Positions 50,294 through 61,123 of a DNA stretch of 64,000 bases are shown here, in pieces. The first letter of the stretch is position 1, and every line of letters starts with the position of its first letter. The notes below the pieces were generated by a model that was not told where the DNA came from, did no database searches, and was given only the letters and a program-made list of their open reading frames with translations. This stretch comes from an uncultured Verrucomicrobiae bacterium (GTDB taxonomy: Bacteria > Verrucomicrobiota > Verrucomicrobiia > Limisphaerales > Palsa-1400), in assembly GCA_963707025.1 (NCBI GenBank), contig CAVPOM010000012.1, positions 352,001-416,000 of the forward strand, read 5' to 3'. The position numbers and the translations under genes are program-made.

Positions 50294-50781
50294 CCCCTTT
50301 CGAGAAACTGCAGCCTTGCCTGCTGGATCGTTTGAGCGACGAGGCGCCGGGTCATTTGCAAGAGAGCCGCAGCGAACGGGTCATTTCGCTGATACGTTAC
50401 AAGGAATCGGTCATGCGGGACTTGCTCTGGCTGTTCAACACGACCGCCTATCCGCCCGACTCGGAGATTTATGAGTTTCCCGCCGCCGCCTCTTCGGTCA
50501 TGAATTATGGCTGCCGCAACTTGTGCGGCATGACCCTGGGCACGATTGATCTGGTGGAATGGGAACGCCATCTGCTGACGGTCGTGCGCAATTTTGAGCC
50601 GCGCATCATTCCGCAGACCGCGTCGGTGCATGCCTCGGTTGACCAATGGAACCGGCATCCCTTGACCTTCGATATCCGCGGCGAATTGTGGGCCAAACCC
50701 ATCCCCGAGCATATTTGGTTGAAAACGGCGGTTGACCTGGATACCGGCCGATTCTTGTTTGGGGACCGGCTGCATGAATAG
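50281..50781 (+). CDS. tssE: T6SS baseplate subunit TssE (gp25-like)
   Basis: LQPCLLDRL, SVMRDL.WLFNT, SVMNYG, FEPRI. Confidence 0.92.
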   Translation: MPDLTPFEKLQPCLLDRLSDEAPGHLQESRSERVISLIRYKESVMRDLLWLFNTTAYPPDSEIYEFPAAASSVMNYGCRNLCGMTLGTIDLVEWERHLLTVVRNFEPRIIPQTASVHASVDQWNRHPLTFDIRGELWAKPIPEHIWLKTAVDLDTGRFLFGDRLHE

Positions 50782-52663
50782 AAAATTTCTGCAATACTAC
50801 GAGCAGGAGCTGCTCTTCGTGCGTCAGATGGCGGGCGAGTTTGCCCGCGAGCATCCCAAAATCGCCGGTCGCCTGGCGTTGGACAGCGAGGGCAATGAGG
50901 CCTGTCCGGATCCTTTTGTGGAGCGTCTGCTCGAAGGATTCGCCTTCTTGTCCGCGCGCATCAACCTGAAGCTGGATGCCGAATTTCCGCGCTTCACCCA
51001 GGCGCTCTTGGAAACGGTGTTTCCGCATTTTTTGGCCCCGCTGCCCTCCCTGGGCATTGTGCGGTTCCAACCCGAGCCGGATGCCCCCGGAGAAGGGTTT
51101 GTCATTGAGCGGGGCGCCGTGCTGCGCAGCATTCCCGGCGGGGGCAGGGAAAAGGGGGAAGTGTTCACTTCCTGCGCCTTTCGCACCGCCCATGCCGTGC
51201 GCCTGCTGCCGTTGCGCGTCCTCCAGGCGCAATACTACACGCGCGACCTGAGCGAATTGGAGTTGCCCCAGGATGCCGCGGTGGCGGCGGCCCTGCGCCT
51301 GCGCTTGCAAACCCTGGGCAATCAACCGGTGGCGGAGGTGGATTACAACGCCCTGACTTTCTTCCTGGCCGGCGGCGAATTGGGGCCGATGCTGTACGAG
51401 CAATTATTTGGCCGGGCCCTCAACGTCCTGGTGCGCCCGGTCGGAATTCGTTCCTCCAATGTTCCGCTCCTGCCCTCCGGGGTGATCAGGCCGGTGGGCT
51501 TTGGCGAAGAAGAGGCTCTGCTGCCACCGACCCCGCGCAGTTACGACGGCTATCGCCTGCTGCGGGAGTACTTCACGCTGCCGGAGCGTTTTCTGTTTTT
51601 CCAACTCAACGGGTTGAAAGGGGCGGCGCTGCCGGGGGATCAGTTGGACATCATCATCACCTTCAAGGCCCGGGAAGCCCGGCTGGAACGGCGGGTGCAG
51701 CCGGCCTGTTTTGAACTGGGCTGCACGCCGGTGGTGAATCTTTTTTCCAAACAACTGGATGAGATTCATTTGACAGATCAGTTTTCCGAGTTCCTCGCCG
51801 TCCCGGATCGCACCCGGCCGCTGGATTTTGAGGTTTATGACATCGAGCAAGTCACCGGGGTGGGGGAGCTGGCCGGCCAGGAGCAGACCTTCCGGCCGTT
51901 TTACTGGTCCAAGGACGACGGCACCGGCGGGGAGCCTTACTACACCCTCAACCGGGTGGAACGCCAACTGACCGTGCGCGAGAAGAGACTCGGCGCCCGC
52001 TCGGATTATGTCGGCTCCGACGTTTTCCTCTCGCTCTGTGACGGCAACTCGGCGCCGTATAATTCCCGCCAGGCGGAGTTGATCAGCCCTTACAACAAGC
52101 TGCGCTTGCGCGCGCTGTGCAGCAACCGCCACCTCCCCATCCAAATGACGGTGGGCGAGGGGCACACCGACTTCGACATCATCTCCGGACCGGTTCAGTC
52201 CATTCGCTGCATTGTCGGGCCGACGCCCCCCAAGCCGTCTTGCGCCAACGGAGAGTTCGCCTGGCGGCTGGTCAGCCATTTGTCCTTGAATTATCTGTCG
52301 CTGTTGGACAAGGGGGACGAAGGGGCGGCTCCCCTGCGCGAGCTGCTGGGCCTCTACGTGCAGGACGGGGATGCCGCGGCGGAAAAGCAAATCCAGGGCT
52401 TGCGCTCGGTCCAGTCCAAACCGACGGTGCGCCGGGTGGAGGTGCCCGGGCCGATTTCATTTGCGCGCGGACTGGAAATCACGCTGCTTTTTGATGAAGA
52501 TGCCTTTCACGGCGCCGGAGTGTTTCTCTTCGGGGCGGTGCTGCAGCGATTTTTCGCGCGCTACGTGTCGCTCAATTCGTTCACAGAAACCGTCATCACC
52601 TCATTGCAAAGAAAGGAGATCATGCGATGGCCCCCCCAACTGGGCAGACGACCGATGCTTTGA
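50774..52663 (+). CDS. tssF: T6SS baseplate subunit TssF
   Basis: YYEQEL…EFAREHPKIAGRL, DPFVERLLEGFAFL, GYRLLREYF.LPERF, W.LVSHLSLNYLSL, YVSLNSF. Confidence 0.96.
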   Translation: MNRKFLQYYEQELLFVRQMAGEFAREHPKIAGRLALDSEGNEACPDPFVERLLEGFAFLSARINLKLDAEFPRFTQALLETVFPHFLAPLPSLGIVRFQPEPDAPGEGFVIERGAVLRSIPGGGREKGEVFTSCAFRTAHAVRLLPLRVLQAQYYTRDLSELELPQDAAVAAALRLRLQTLGNQPVAEVDYNALTFFLAGGELGPMLYEQLFGRALNVLVRPVGIRSSNVPLLPSGVIRPVGFGEEEALLPPTPRSYDGYRLLREYFTLPERFLFFQLNGLKGAALPGDQLDIIITFKAREARLERRVQPACFELGCTPVVNLFSKQLDEIHLTDQFSEFLAVPDRTRPLDFEVYDIEQVTGVGELAGQEQTFRPFYWSKDDGTGGEPYYTLNRVERQLTVREKRLGARSDYVGSDVFLSLCDGNSAPYNSRQAELISPYNKLRLRALCSNRHLPIQMTVGEGHTDFDIISGPVQSIRCIVGPTPPKPSCANGEFAWRLVSHLSLNYLSLLDKGDEGAAPLRELLGLYVQDGDAAAEKQIQGLRSVQSKPTVRRVEVPGPISFARGLEITLLFDEDAFHGAGVFLFGAVLQRFFARYVSLNSFTETVITSLQRKEIMRWPPQLGRRPML

Positions 52664-54838
52664 TCCGCCTTTTGCGCGAGCCTGAGGATGACGGGACGGA
52701 ACGATTCTATAAGATCGACTTTTTCCGCCTGATCCGCCTTCTGGAGGGCGCGCGGCCGGATTTGCCGCGGGTGGGATTGTCGCGCGTGCCAGCCCAGGAC
52801 TTGGTCCGTTTCTCGCAAAAGCCTTACCAAAACTTCGCCGCCTCATCGGTCCAGGATTTGGAGGCTGGTGAGGGCCGGCCGCCGCGAGTCAGCATCGCCT
52901 TCTTTGGAATGTTTGGGCCCTGTGGCGCCCTGCCCCTTTGTTATACCGAGCATGCTTTGCAACGGCTGGGGCCCAGCCGGGGCGGAGCCAAACCGGCGGA
53001 GTCGTCGAGTGACGGAAGGTTGAAGGCATCCGATTTTCACGATTTACAGGGCTGGGTGCGGCGCCTGCGCCGCCATGAGGACCCGATGAGCCGGCTGCTC
53101 TGGGAGCAGTTGCCATTGTCCCTGCGGCAAAAAGTTCAAGATTTGAACCCGGCCGCCTTCCAGGTTCCGCCCTTGCGCGACGAGTTTATCCGGGAAGTTG
53201 GCCAAGCGATGGCGGAGGCTGACTTGTGGCCTGCGGCGGCGGAGATGGGGCTTGCACCGCCGGCTGAGGTGGCGGAATTGGCGGGGAAACGCGCTGCCAA
53301 GGCTGATTTTTTCCGTGTGAACCGCTATTTGCTTGGTTTGGCGTTCAAAGCGGAGGTGGTGTTCGTCCGGCGATTGGCGGCCAGCCCGTGGGATTTCGAG
53401 TCCTGGCATTTCACCGATCTGACCGGCGTGGTCCGGCAGTGCCGGGACGGAACGGACGTCTTTACGCGCACCCTGCGGGATGAATTGCCGGCCCGAATCC
53501 GCCATTTGCTGGCTAATTTCTCTCCGGGACAATTTGTGGTGGAGCCTTTGTTGAGCGACTTCCTGGGAGCGATCAATGAACTGATCGCCACGGTAGATTT
53601 AATCGGCCTGGGCGCCCGCGCCGAAATGAATCTGCCGCAGGAAATGCGCGATTTAGCCGCCAGCAAACCTTCCGGAGCGGTGTTGGCCAGGCTCAACCGC
53701 TCTTTGGTGGTGCAGGGTTTTAGCGGCAAGATTACGGCCGGTTTCGGCGAGATGCAGCGGGATCGGACCCTGACCCGGTTTTTGGACATCTTTCAGCATC
53801 GCATGGCCTGCCATTTTTACCGCGCCTGGGCGATCAACCAGAAATCAGCCGACTTGGACCGTCCGGACAATCCGAAAGCCGGGGAGCGGCAAAAGTTTCC
53901 CTTTTACCTTTCGTCTCTGCTGGGCGCCGGCCTGGATTCGTCGCCGGTGGACGACGGCATCTCTGCTTTCAGCCGCATTTATTATTCCGGTCATCTCTTG
54001 AGTCAGTCCAGAAGCATGGCTGGTTTGCGGGCCATCCTGGAGGATTACTTCGGGGTTCCGACCCGGCTGGTTCCTTTCGCGGGCCGCTGGCTGCCGTTGC
54101 CGGCGGAGAATCAGTGCCGGGTGGGCCAATGGCCTGCCACCGGAACGGTGGGCCGGTCCGTCATCGTGGGAAGCCGGTTATGGGATTGCAAATTGAGCTT
54201 CCGCATCCGGATGGGGCCGATGGGGCTGGGCGACTTTACCCGCCTGCTCCCGCAACGGCAGATCATTTGCAGCCGGTGCCGCCAGCCGCTCGAGCCGGCA
54301 AGCCGCCAGCAGGCTTTGCTTAACAGGCTGCCGGAAAGCGTGACCAACGCCCTCTCCAGCCAAGGCGGATGTCCCCACTGCCACTACACCGGGCCGGAGG
54401 ACTGGGACACGGAGATGCACCTGGCCGGGGGCGGCCCGGCCGGGGGCTCCAAGAGAATCGTCTGCAAGAAATGCCGCACTCCCTTCGGTCCGGAGGAGCT
54501 GCAAAGCGAGCTGCAAAGCCTGGCGGCCGGGCAGGTGGCCGCCCGCCTGGCCAGGAGCGCCCGGCTGTGCCGCGTGCCTGGCCAGCCGGGGCCGGGATTG
54601 GCGGGTGGTGGAAGTGGGATCCTTCCACCGATTGAAATCATGGATCAAGAATTATTTTGGGGATGAGTATTTTTGGGACCTGCAATTGATCCTGCGCAAG
54701 GAGGAGGCGCCGGCCGCGCAACTGGGCCGCGCGGGGCGTTTGGGGCAGACGATATGGTGCCAGGGCGCTCCCCCCGAAATGGATTTGGAGGACATGATCA
54801 TCGCACCGGAAGACAACTGGCAGCCCGGGAACAACTAG
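52627..54838 (+). CDS. tssG: T6SS baseplate subunit TssG with two large insertions (about 736 aa; frameshift near 54551)
   Basis: DFFRLIRLLE, FFGMFGP.GALP, FLDIFQHR…FYRAW, GLRAILEDYF, F.GRW, FRIRMGP; C-terminal WDLQLIL…LG…RLGQT.W in the next frame. Confidence 0.9.
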
Positions 54839-54868
54839 AAAACCGCAACCCCTCAACCCCAGACCCGC

Positions 54869-57583
54869 ATGGCAGAAATTCAACGCGCAACCCTCTTCGG
54901 CAAACTCAACAGCGTCGGCTACAAATCGGCGGAATCGGCCACCGTGTTTTGCAAGCTGCGGGGCAATCCTTATGTCGAGCTGGTCCACTGGCTGCACCAG
55001 ATTCTTCAACTCCAGGATTCGGATTTTCATCATGTCATCCGCTTTTTTTCCCTGGACCCTTCGCGTCTGGCCGCCGATCTGACGGCGGCGCTGGATCGTT
55101 TGCCCCGCGGGGCCACCTCCATCCAGGACTTCTCCCCGCACCTGGAGGAGGCGATCGAACGGGGCTGGGTTTACGCCACCCTGCTCTTTGGCGAGGCCCA
55201 GGTGCGGACCGGCCATGTGATTTATGCCTTGCTGGAAACGCCTTCGGTCAAAGGTGTTTTTCTCGGTCTTTCACGGGAGCTGGCCAAAATCAAGGCCGAA
55301 CGGCTGGCCGATGAATTCGCCGCGGTCACGGCCGGCTCGCCGGAGGAATCCATGGCCGCCTCCGACGGCTCGGGCTTGAGCGCCGGGGCCGCGCCGGGGG
55401 ATGTGGCCGGGGCGCTGGCGCCGGCGGCCATGGGCAAACAGGAGGCCCTGGCCCGGTTTTCCGTTGACTTGACAGAAAAGGCGCGGCAGGGGGAGATTGA
55501 TCCGATCGTCGGGCGGGACGAGGAAATCCGCCAGTTGGTGGATGTGCTGATGCGCCGCCGCCAGAACAACCCCATCCTGACCGGCGAGGCGGGAGTGGGC
55601 AAGACGGCGGTGGTGGACGGCTTCGCCCTGCGCATCGCGGCCGGGGATGTGCCGCCGGCGCTGAAGGGCGTCTCGATCCGCAGTTTGGACACCGGCGCCC
55701 TCCAAGCCGGAGCCAGCATGAAGGGGGAATTCGAGCAACGGTTGCGCCAGGTCATAGAAGAGGCCCAGAAATCGCCCAAGCCGGTCATACTTTTTATTGA
55801 TGAAGTTCATGTGCTGCTCGGGGCCGGCGGCTCCGGCGACGCGGCCAATCTGCTCAAGCCGGCCCTGGCGCGCGGCACCTTGCGCACCATTGCCGCCACC
55901 ACCTGGGACGAATACAAAAAACACATTGAGAAAGACCCCGCCCTCACGCGGCGATTCCAAGTGGTCAAAGTGGAGGAACCCTCCGAAGCCAAAACGGTGC
56001 TGATGATGCGGGGCATCGTGGCGCCCTTTGAAAAGCACCACCGCGTGCAGATTCTCGATGAAGCGATCGAGGCGGCGGTCAAGCTTTCCCATCGTTACAT
56101 CCCCTCCCGCCAGCTTCCCGACAAGGCGGTGAGTCTGATTGACACCGCCTCCGCGCGCGTGGCGGTCAGCCAGCACGCCGTGCCGGCGGCCGTGGATGAC
56201 AACCGGCGGCGCATCCAGGCCTTGGAGACCGAGCAGGGAATTCTACAGCGGGAAACGGCGGTCGGCTCCGACCACGCCGCCCGCCTGGCGGGCCTGGCCG
56301 AGGCACTCGCCCGCGAGCGGACCCAGCTCGCCGAGCTGGAAAAGCGATGGAACGAGGAAAAGGGGCTGGTCAGTCAAATCCTGGAATTACGCGCGCAACT
56401 TACCGGCAAAGACAGCCCGGCGGATTCGCCCGCAGCCGCGGCCGGGACCGGGGCCGCGGCGGGCGGTGACAAAGAGAGCGCGCCCGGCGCCACCGGCGAG
56501 ACGAAGCTGGGGCAATTGCGCCAATGCCAGGAGAAGCTGGCCGCCTTTCAAGGGGAAGCGCCGCTGATTTTTCCCAGCGTGGACCAAAACGCCATCGCGG
56601 CGGTGGTGGCCGATTGGACCGGAATTCCCGTGGGGCGCATGGTCAAAAACGAAATCGAGCAAGTGCTCAAGCTGGCCGACGTGCTGGAACGGCGCGTCAT
56701 CGGCCAGCGGCACGCCTTGGAAACGATCGCCCGCCGCATCCAAACCAGCCGGGCGCGTCTGGACAATCCCAGCAAGCCGGTTGGGGTCTTCATGCTGGTC
56801 GGCCCCAGCGGCACGGGCAAGACGGAAACCGCCCTGACCTTGGCGGAAGCCCTTTACGGCGGCGAACACAACCTGATCACGATCAACATGAGTGAATTTC
56901 AGGAAGCCCACACCGTCAGCACCCTGAAAGGCTCGCCGCCGGGTTATGTCGGCTACGGCGAAGGCGGGGTGCTGACCGAAGCCGTCCGCCGCCGCCCCTA
57001 CAGCGTGGTGTTGCTGGATGAAGTGGAAAAAGCGCATCCCGACGTTCACGAGATCTTCTTCCAGGTCTTTGACAAGGGCCACATGGAAGACGCGGAGGGC
57101 CGGGACATTGACTTCAAAAACACCATCATTATCTTGACTAGCAACGCCGCGCAGGACATCATTATCAACATGTGCAAAGACCCCGACCTGATGCCCAACG
57201 CCGAGGGTATGGAAAAAGCCATGCGCGGCCCTCTGACCAAGGTGTTTCCCGACGCCCTGCTCAACCGCCTGGTCGTGGTGCCCTATTACCCGATCAGCAA
57301 GGAAATGCTCAAACGGATCATCCAACTCAACTTAAAGCGCGTGGAAAAGCGGGTCCTGGAGAACCACGAAGTTCCCTTCACCTACGAGGCCAGCGTGCCG
57401 GAACTGATTGCCAAGCGTTGCAGCGAGCTGGAGCGCGGCGCGCGCATGGTGGATGCGCTCATCACCAACACCCTCCTGCCGGAGATCGGCCGCGAATTTC
57501 TCAACCGCCTCTTCACGGGCGGCGAGATCAAGCGGGTGCATGTCAATGTGAAGGAGGACAATTTCGCGTTTGCCTTTGAGTGA
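54869..57583 (+). CDS. clpV: T6SS ATPase ClpV (TssH)
   Basis: [54 protein letters not shown]. Confidence 0.97.
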   Translation: MAEIQRATLFGKLNSVGYKSAESATVFCKLRGNPYVELVHWLHQILQLQDSDFHHVIRFFSLDPSRLAADLTAALDRLPRGATSIQDFSPHLEEAIERGWVYATLLFGEAQVRTGHVIYALLETPSVKGVFLGLSRELAKIKAERLADEFAAVTAGSPEESMAASDGSGLSAGAAPGDVAGALAPAAMGKQEALARFSVDLTEKARQGEIDPIVGRDEEIRQLVDVLMRRRQNNPILTGEAGVGKTAVVDGFALRIAAGDVPPALKGVSIRSLDTGALQAGASMKGEFEQRLRQVIEEAQKSPKPVILFIDEVHVLLGAGGSGDAANLLKPALARGTLRTIAATTWDEYKKHIEKDPALTRRFQVVKVEEPSEAKTVLMMRGIVAPFEKHHRVQILDEAIEAAVKLSHRYIPSRQLPDKAVSLIDTASARVAVSQHAVPAAVDDNRRRIQALETEQGILQRETAVGSDHAARLAGLAEALARERTQLAELEKRWNEEKGLVSQILELRAQLTGKDSPADSPAAAAGTGAAAGGDKESAPGATGETKLGQLRQCQEKLAAFQGEAPLIFPSVDQNAIAAVVADWTGIPVGRMVKNEIEQVLKLADVLERRVIGQRHALETIARRIQTSRARLDNPSKPVGVFMLVGPSGTGKTETALTLAEALYGGEHNLITINMSEFQEAHTVSTLKGSPPGYVGYGEGGVLTEAVRRRPYSVVLLDEVEKAHPDVHEIFFQVFDKGHMEDAEGRDIDFKNTIIILTSNAAQDIIINMCKDPDLMPNAEGMEKAMRGPLTKVFPDALLNRLVVVPYYPISKEMLKRIIQLNLKRVEKRVLENHEVPFTYEASVPELIAKRCSELERGARMVDALITNTLLPEIGREFLNRLFTGGEIKRVHVNVKEDNFAFAFE

Positions 57584-57589
57584 GACCGT

Positions 57590-58450
57590 ATGAGCGATAG
57601 CACCGATGTGTTAGTCAGTTCGCTGAAGCCGTCCTTGGAGAGTTTCGAAGGCCGTTCGCCTTGGCTGTATCTGGACTTTCTGGGACACTTGACCATTGGC
57701 ATCGGCCACTTGGTTCACAAAAAGGGAGGCACACCGCAAGCGCTGGAATCAGGTATAAAACTGGTTTGGTCTTACGGAATGACCCAGATTCGCGCGGATG
57801 CGGGATTTGCCAAAGAATATCTGAGTGTTTGCCGCTCGGCGCCTCCCGGGCCGGTGACAGGCGAGTCACATGCCGCTGTTTACAACCGAACGATGAAAGC
57901 CGCGATTACGCATCTTGGTTCAATAGCATCGTATGGCTCTCTCTTAACGCGGATTGGAGAGAGCACCGGCGCGATAGCGGCTGCTGCTGCGGATAATCCC
58001 CTCGTGCCTGGAGTTTGGGGCTACCCTCTTCCGGCCTCGACGTGCGATCAACAGAATATTAGGGTATTGATTCAGGAGGCGCAAAGCATCGAGCAACTGC
58101 CCGTCGGTTGGAAGCTGCCGGTAGATTATTTCGAATGTTTCAATAGTTTTAAGCTGACTGCTCCGGCGGTTGATAAATTGTTGCAGGACGATATCGGCAA
58201 AAAGATTGTCGAAGTCAAAGGTGAGCCCAGCTTTAAGGAATTTGATGGTTTTCCTGTCCCTGCGCAAGTTGCCGTGCTTGATTTATCATTCCAATATGGC
58301 GCCTGCGGTTTGTCTCATCAGACGGCTTTCGCTGCCGCAGTTAAAAATAAGGAATGGCTGGCGGCTGAGAAAGCATGTCCGACTAATGATGCTCAAGCCG
58401 ACCGCACCAAATTTAGAAAGAACAATCTCCATCAGGCCGCGAAACCGTAA
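57590..58450 (+). CDS. Phage/T4-type (GH24-like) lysozyme-domain protein, candidate T6SS effector
   Basis: FEGRSPWLYLDFLGHLTIGIGHL fits E-x8-D-x5-T; C-terminal FP..AQVAVLDLSFQYG…AAVKNKEW..A; visibly more AT-rich than neighbours. Confidence 0.75.
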   Translation: MSDSTDVLVSSLKPSLESFEGRSPWLYLDFLGHLTIGIGHLVHKKGGTPQALESGIKLVWSYGMTQIRADAGFAKEYLSVCRSAPPGPVTGESHAAVYNRTMKAAITHLGSIASYGSLLTRIGESTGAIAAAAADNPLVPGVWGYPLPASTCDQQNIRVLIQEAQSIEQLPVGWKLPVDYFECFNSFKLTAPAVDKLLQDDIGKKIVEVKGEPSFKEFDGFPVPAQVAVLDLSFQYGACGLSHQTAFAAAVKNKEWLAAEKACPTNDAQADRTKFRKNNLHQAAKP

Positions 58451-58464
58451 CCAAGGCAACACCC

Positions 58465-60541
58465 ATGCCCGCCACCCAAACACAACGCAACGTAGCCATC
58501 GGCACCGCGCTGGGCGATGATGTGCTGCTCGTCAAATCGGTTGCCATCACGGAACGGCTCGGACGGCTGTTTCAAATCGAGGCGGACCTGGCCAGCGAAC
58601 AGGGATCGGTCAACTTTGACGATATTCTGGGTAAAAACGCCACCATTCGCCTGGAGCTGCCCAATCAGAAAACCCGCTATTTCAACGGCAACGTCAGCCG
58701 CTTTGTGCAGACGCGCATGGAAGGCCGCTACGCCCATTATCGGGCCACGCTGGTTCCCTGGCTCTGGTTCCTCACCCGCACGGCCGATTGCCGCATCTTC
58801 CAGAGCATGAAGGTGCCGGACATTGTCAAACAGGTCTTCCGCGACCAGGGTTTCGCCGATGTTCGCGACGCGCTGACCGGCAGTTATTTGACCTGGGATT
58901 ACTGCGTGCAATACCGCGAGACGGACTTTAATTTTGTCAGCCGCCTCATGGAGCAGGAAGGCATCTACTATTTCTTCGAGCACGAAAACGGCAAGCACAC
59001 CCTCGTCCTGGCCGACGACAAATCCGCCCACAAGCCGTTCCCGGATTACGCCACCATCAACTATCGCGCCGAAGTCACCGGGGTGCGCACGGAGGAATAC
59101 ATTTCCGACTGGATTTTGCAAAAGGAGGTGCAAACCGGCGTCTATAGCCTGAACGATTTCAATTTTACCACGCCGAAAAGTTCCTTGCTGGCCAAGTCGC
59201 AAGTGAGCCAGGCTCATGCCCAATCCAACTTCGAAATCTACGATTACCCTGGTGAATACGACGACCAAGGGGAGGGGCAAAGCCTTTACTCCAAGCTCCG
59301 CATCCAGGAACACCAGGCGCAACACGAAGTCGCCCAGGGCCACGGCAATGCCCGCGGCCTGGCCAGCGGCGCCATCTTCACCCTCGACCTCTTTCCGCGC
59401 AGCGATCAGAACCGCGATTACCTGATCACCGAAACCTACATCCACATCACGGGCGACATCTACGAGGGCCGCGGCGGCGGCGGCCGCGGCGAGTTTTACA
59501 CTTGCGCCTTCAGCGCCATACCGTCGGATGTTCCCTATCGCCCCCCCCGGCTGACGCCCAAACCGCTCATCCAAGGGCCGCAAACCGCCATGGTGGTCGG
59601 AACCAAAGGGGAGGAAATAATGACCGATAAATACGGCCGGGTCAAGCTCCAGTTCCACTGGGACCGCTATAGCAAAGGGGACGAGAACTCCTCCTGTTGG
59701 GTGAGGGTTTCGCAGGCCTGGGCCGGGAAGAACTGGGGAGCCATCTACATTCCGCGCATCGGCCAGGAAGTCATCGTGGAATTCCTCGAGGGGGACCCCG
59801 ACCAGCCGATCATCACCGGCCGGGTTTACAACGCCGTGGCCATGCCGCCCTATGCTTTGCCGGGAGAAATGACTAAGAGGTACTGTCAAGACCAATTCCA
59901 CCAAAGGCGGGCAGGGCTTCAATGAAATCCGCTTTGAGGACAAGAAGGGGGCGGAACAAATCTTCATCCACGGCGAGAAGAACCAGGACATTCGCATCAA
60001 GAGCGATTGCTTCGAATGGATTGGCAACAACCGCCATTTGGTGGTCACGAAGGACCAACTCGAGCACGTCGAAAACAACCGCAATGAAACGGTGGATGCC
60101 GACCACAAGGAGCAAATCGGCAAGGACAGGCATTTGAACGTCACGGGCAAAGAGGCGGTGGCGATTGGCGGCAGCAAATCCCTCACCGTGGGGGGCGACG
60201 TCATTGAGGTGTTCAAAGGCAACCATTCCGAGCAGGTCACCAGCGATTATTATCTCAAGGCCGACAACATCGTCATCGAAGGCATGACCAACGTGACGAT
60301 CAAGGTGGGGCAGTCCTACATTGCCATTGAGGCGGGGGGCATCTCCATCGGCACCAGTGGAACGATGGAGTTGAAGGACAGCGGCGGCTTGACCATCCAA
60401 TCCGACGCCACCGCCACCATCAAGTCCAGCGGAGCGCTCTCGGTCCAATCGCAGGCCTCGGCCGAGCTCAAGGCGCCGCAAACCAGCGTCAAGGGCGATG
60501 CCATGACGACCATCAAAGGCGGCGCCGTCATGATCAACTGA
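58465..60541 (+). CDS. vgrG: T6SS spike protein VgrG (about 691 aa; frameshift at ~59880)
   Basis: YCVQYRETDFNFVSRLMEQEGIYYFF, GPQTA.VVG, DKYGRVK.QFHWDR, PRIGQEVIVEFLEGDPDQP; the +1 frame continues NEIRFEDKKGAEQIFIH…GAVMIN*. Confidence 0.95.
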
Positions 60542-60560
60542 TCCCAAATCCAGCCCCGAC

Positions 60561-60965
60561 ATGCCCAGTCCAAAAAGTGGAAACGCCGGTTCGGCGGTCT
60601 CGCCCGCCGCTCCCGATGCGGCCGTGGACGCCGACGACGCGGTGGCCGGCGACGTTGACCAGGCCCAGGGCGCCTCGGCCACCAAGGCGGCGAGCAGCCA
60701 GGACTCCGTCAAGGTCAAGCCCTACAAACCGCCGCAAACCAAGGAGGAAAAAGCGCAAAAGCCAAGCTGGATCGAGATCGTGATGGTGGATGAACAAGGG
60801 AACCCGGTGCCAAGCCTGGCCTACAGCATCACCCTGCCCGACGGCGAAACCGTGGCCGAGGGCACCCTGGACGACAAGGGCTTTGCCCGCGTGGACGGCA
60901 TCGAACCAGGAACGTGCCAAATCACGTTTCCCGACCTGGACAAGGAAGCATGGGAGAAGGCCTGA
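60561..60965 (+). CDS. Small VgrG-associated protein with a C-terminal transthyretin-like beta-sandwich
   Basis: Ala/Asp-rich N-terminus, then WIEIVMVDEQGNPV…Y.ITLPDG…GTLDDKG.ARVDGIEPG.CQITFP. Confidence 0.7.
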   Translation: MPSPKSGNAGSAVSPAAPDAAVDADDAVAGDVDQAQGASATKAASSQDSVKVKPYKPPQTKEEKAQKPSWIEIVMVDEQGNPVPSLAYSITLPDGETVAEGTLDDKGFARVDGIEPGTCQITFPDLDKEAWEKA

Positions 60966-61123
60966 CAACGCAGAATCTGGTTTGTAGGGAACCCTCGTGC
61001 CCGTCCCGCCCCCGCCCATAGGCGCGCCGGTGAAGTCCGAAAACGCGTCAGGAAAAATGCTTGCAAAAAGCCTGAAATGGGCCAAAATCAGCCGCAGATT
61101 AGTCGCAGACGCTCTTGTTTTTT

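Noticed and set aside
46795..60541. Prophage tail, tailocin or extracellular contractile injection system
   Set aside because: TssK/L/M, TssA and ClpV are present and capsid, terminase and tape-measure genes are absent, which identifies a membrane-anchored T6SS
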